The notes below the pieces were generated by a model. The model saw only the letters and a list, made by a program, of their open reading frames with translations. It had not been told where the DNA came from and searched no databases. A stretch of DNA of 34,816 nucleotides from a virus (taxonomy: Duplodnaviria; Caudoviricetes): the IMG/VR virus record IMGVR_UViG_3300033067_001418, positions 1 to 34,816 of that record; one strand, given 5' to 3'. This document shows positions 33,695 to 34,816 of this stretch, one piece after another; position 1 is the first letter of the stretch, and each line of letters begins with the position of its first letter. The translations under genes and the position numbers were made by a program.

Positions 33695-34815
33695 ACGCTC
33701 ACCCGTTCCTCACCCATCCCACCGCCGACGACCTTGGCGGTGTTGATGCCCTGCGCCACAAGCTCTCGCTTGCGTGCGCAGACGTCGGCCGCCAGCACGC
33801 TGTACTCCATGGCCGCCAGCTCCTTGCTGGTGAGCGCAGTAAGCCCTTCGCCCTGCTCCCACTCGATGTTCGTTTCCTTGTTGACGTACTTGAAGTTGCC
33901 GGTGTCGGCCATGACGCCAGCGAAGGCGTTGACCTTGTCGAGGAAGATCGGGATCATCCTGTGGGCATCGCACCCGACACGCTGCGCGTCGAGCGGGATC
34001 TTGGCGTTCCACCGCATGCACTGCCACTCTCCGCCATCCTTGGCGTCGGTGACCGGCACGTCTTCCGTGTAGTTGATCGGCTTGGCCATGGCGCACGTGC
34101 GGCAGTTGACCTCCGGCACCTTGCCCTTGTGACAGTGGCGGTGGAAGTCGCACTGCGTGCAGACCCAGAACGAGCTGTCGTTGGAGATCTTCTCCGGCGG
34201 CACGAAGCTCTTGATCGTGTTGAAGGCCCTGGTCATCAGCACGTCGAACATCTCCTTGTCGAAGTGCACCCAGACCGAATGGATGGCGTCGGTGTTCTTG
34301 TTCTCCACCGTGTACATCGCCCTGGTCATCTTCTCCAGGCCCATGTAGATCATGACCTGGGCGTAGTGCTGGGGCTTGGCCTTCTTGAGACCGTCCTTGA
34401 GCAGCGTGTTGAACGCGCTGTCGCTCATCGTCTTGTTCTCCCAGACGGCGGTCTTCGACGGCCCCTCCGTGAAGCCGGTGCCGAAGCCGTCCATACTGCC
34501 ACCGAAGTGACCGCCGAAAGCGACCACGGTGTGCTGCTTGCCGGCGGCATCCTCGGTGCTCAGGTCGACACCGATGGCGCGCAGGTTGCGTGCCATCCTG
34601 ACCTCGGCCTCGTGGCCGTACTCGAACAGCCGCAGCATGCGGCCCTCGAACTTCTTCACGGAGATCCAGTGGAACGCCATCCACGGGTATCGCTGGCACT
34701 TGTGGCCGATGATGCTGGCGCCCAGGTGCGGGCGGTGTTGGTCCTGGTTGTTCCTCTCGTACCACTCGAGGATCAGCTCGCTCGTCTTCTTCGTCGGCAT
34801 TTCAATCGCGGCCAT
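33691..34815 (-). CDS. PD-(D/E)XK exonuclease, Cas4/YqaJ-like, with Cys clusters
   Basis: 'HLGASIIG..C.R..W', 'GH..E', 'GH..GS.DG', 'WENKT', 'HYAQV..YM', 'C..C.F..C', 'NCRTC..C..GC..H'. Confidence 0.85.
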   Translation of the reverse strand: MAAIEMPTKKTSELILEWYERNNQDQHRPHLGASIIGHKCQRYPWMAFHWISVKKFEGRMLRLFEYGHEAEVRMARNLRAIGVDLSTEDAAGKQHTVVAFGGHFGGSMDGFGTGFTEGPSKTAVWENKTMSDSAFNTLLKDGLKKAKPQHYAQVMIYMGLEKMTRAMYTVENKNTDAIHSVWVHFDKEMFDVLMTRAFNTIKSFVPPEKISNDSSFWVCTQCDFHRHCHKGKVPEVNCRTCAMAKPINYTEDVPVTDAKDGGEWQCMRWNAKIPLDAQRVGCDAHRMIPIFLDKVNAFAGVMADTGNFKYVNKETNIEWEQGEGLTALTSKELAAMEYSVLAADVCARKRELVAQGINTAKVVGGGMGEERVSV

Positions 34816-34816
34816 C

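Larger units (their letters stand above)
1..34816. mobile_element. Tailed phage/prophage segment (podovirus-like virion module, lysis gene, part of replication/recombination module)
   Basis: Capsid, scaffold, adaptor/nozzle, ejection proteins, endolysin, helicase and nuclease in phage-like order with tight TGATG/ATGA coupling; no tape measure or sheath gene; no host housekeeping genes. Confidence 0.95.

Noticed and set aside
32422-34765. Long ORFs 32422-33570(+), 32933-34072(+), 32636-33379(-), 33710-34765(-)
   Set aside because: Overlap well-supported helicase and nuclease genes; translations are low-information.
1-34816. CRISPR array, diversity-generating retroelement, tRNA, integrase/att, intein or intron
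   Set aside because: By eye, no spaced direct repeats, reverse transcriptase, template/variable repeat pair, cloverleaf or splicing motifs; all repeats found are protein-coding.

Overview
This window is a gene-dense, GC-rich segment of a tailed phage or prophage with a podovirus-like layout; portal, terminase and integrase are not visible here. The + strand (1-31145) carries, in order: fibre/tailspike genes; a promoter-short leader-terminator unit; scaffold and an N4-gp56-type major capsid protein; head accessory genes; adaptor and nozzle; tail fibre/propeller genes; a block of predicted ejected (internal virion) proteins including a GNAT; a 3242-aa polyvalent protein; and a lambda-R-like endolysin fused in frame to a holin-like membrane domain that has its own ribosome-binding site. 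The - strand (31114-34815) carries small Cys-rich genes, an SF2 helicase and a Cas4-like PD-(D/E)XK nuclease. The most striking signal is inside the giant gene. Its modules (HExxH metallopeptidase, HhH glycosylase-like, unknown, ADP-ribosyltransferase-like, EELQSD domain) are partly delimited by a repeated FSED motif. At least three small +1-frame genes appear overprinted in its linkers, each with a Shine-Dalgarno (SD) sequence, an AATG start, a CTGA stop and a local collapse of main-frame GC3. I propose these are nested immunity or chaperone genes for virion-delivered effector domains; this is inference and untested. All family assignments come from motif recognition by eye, not database searches.
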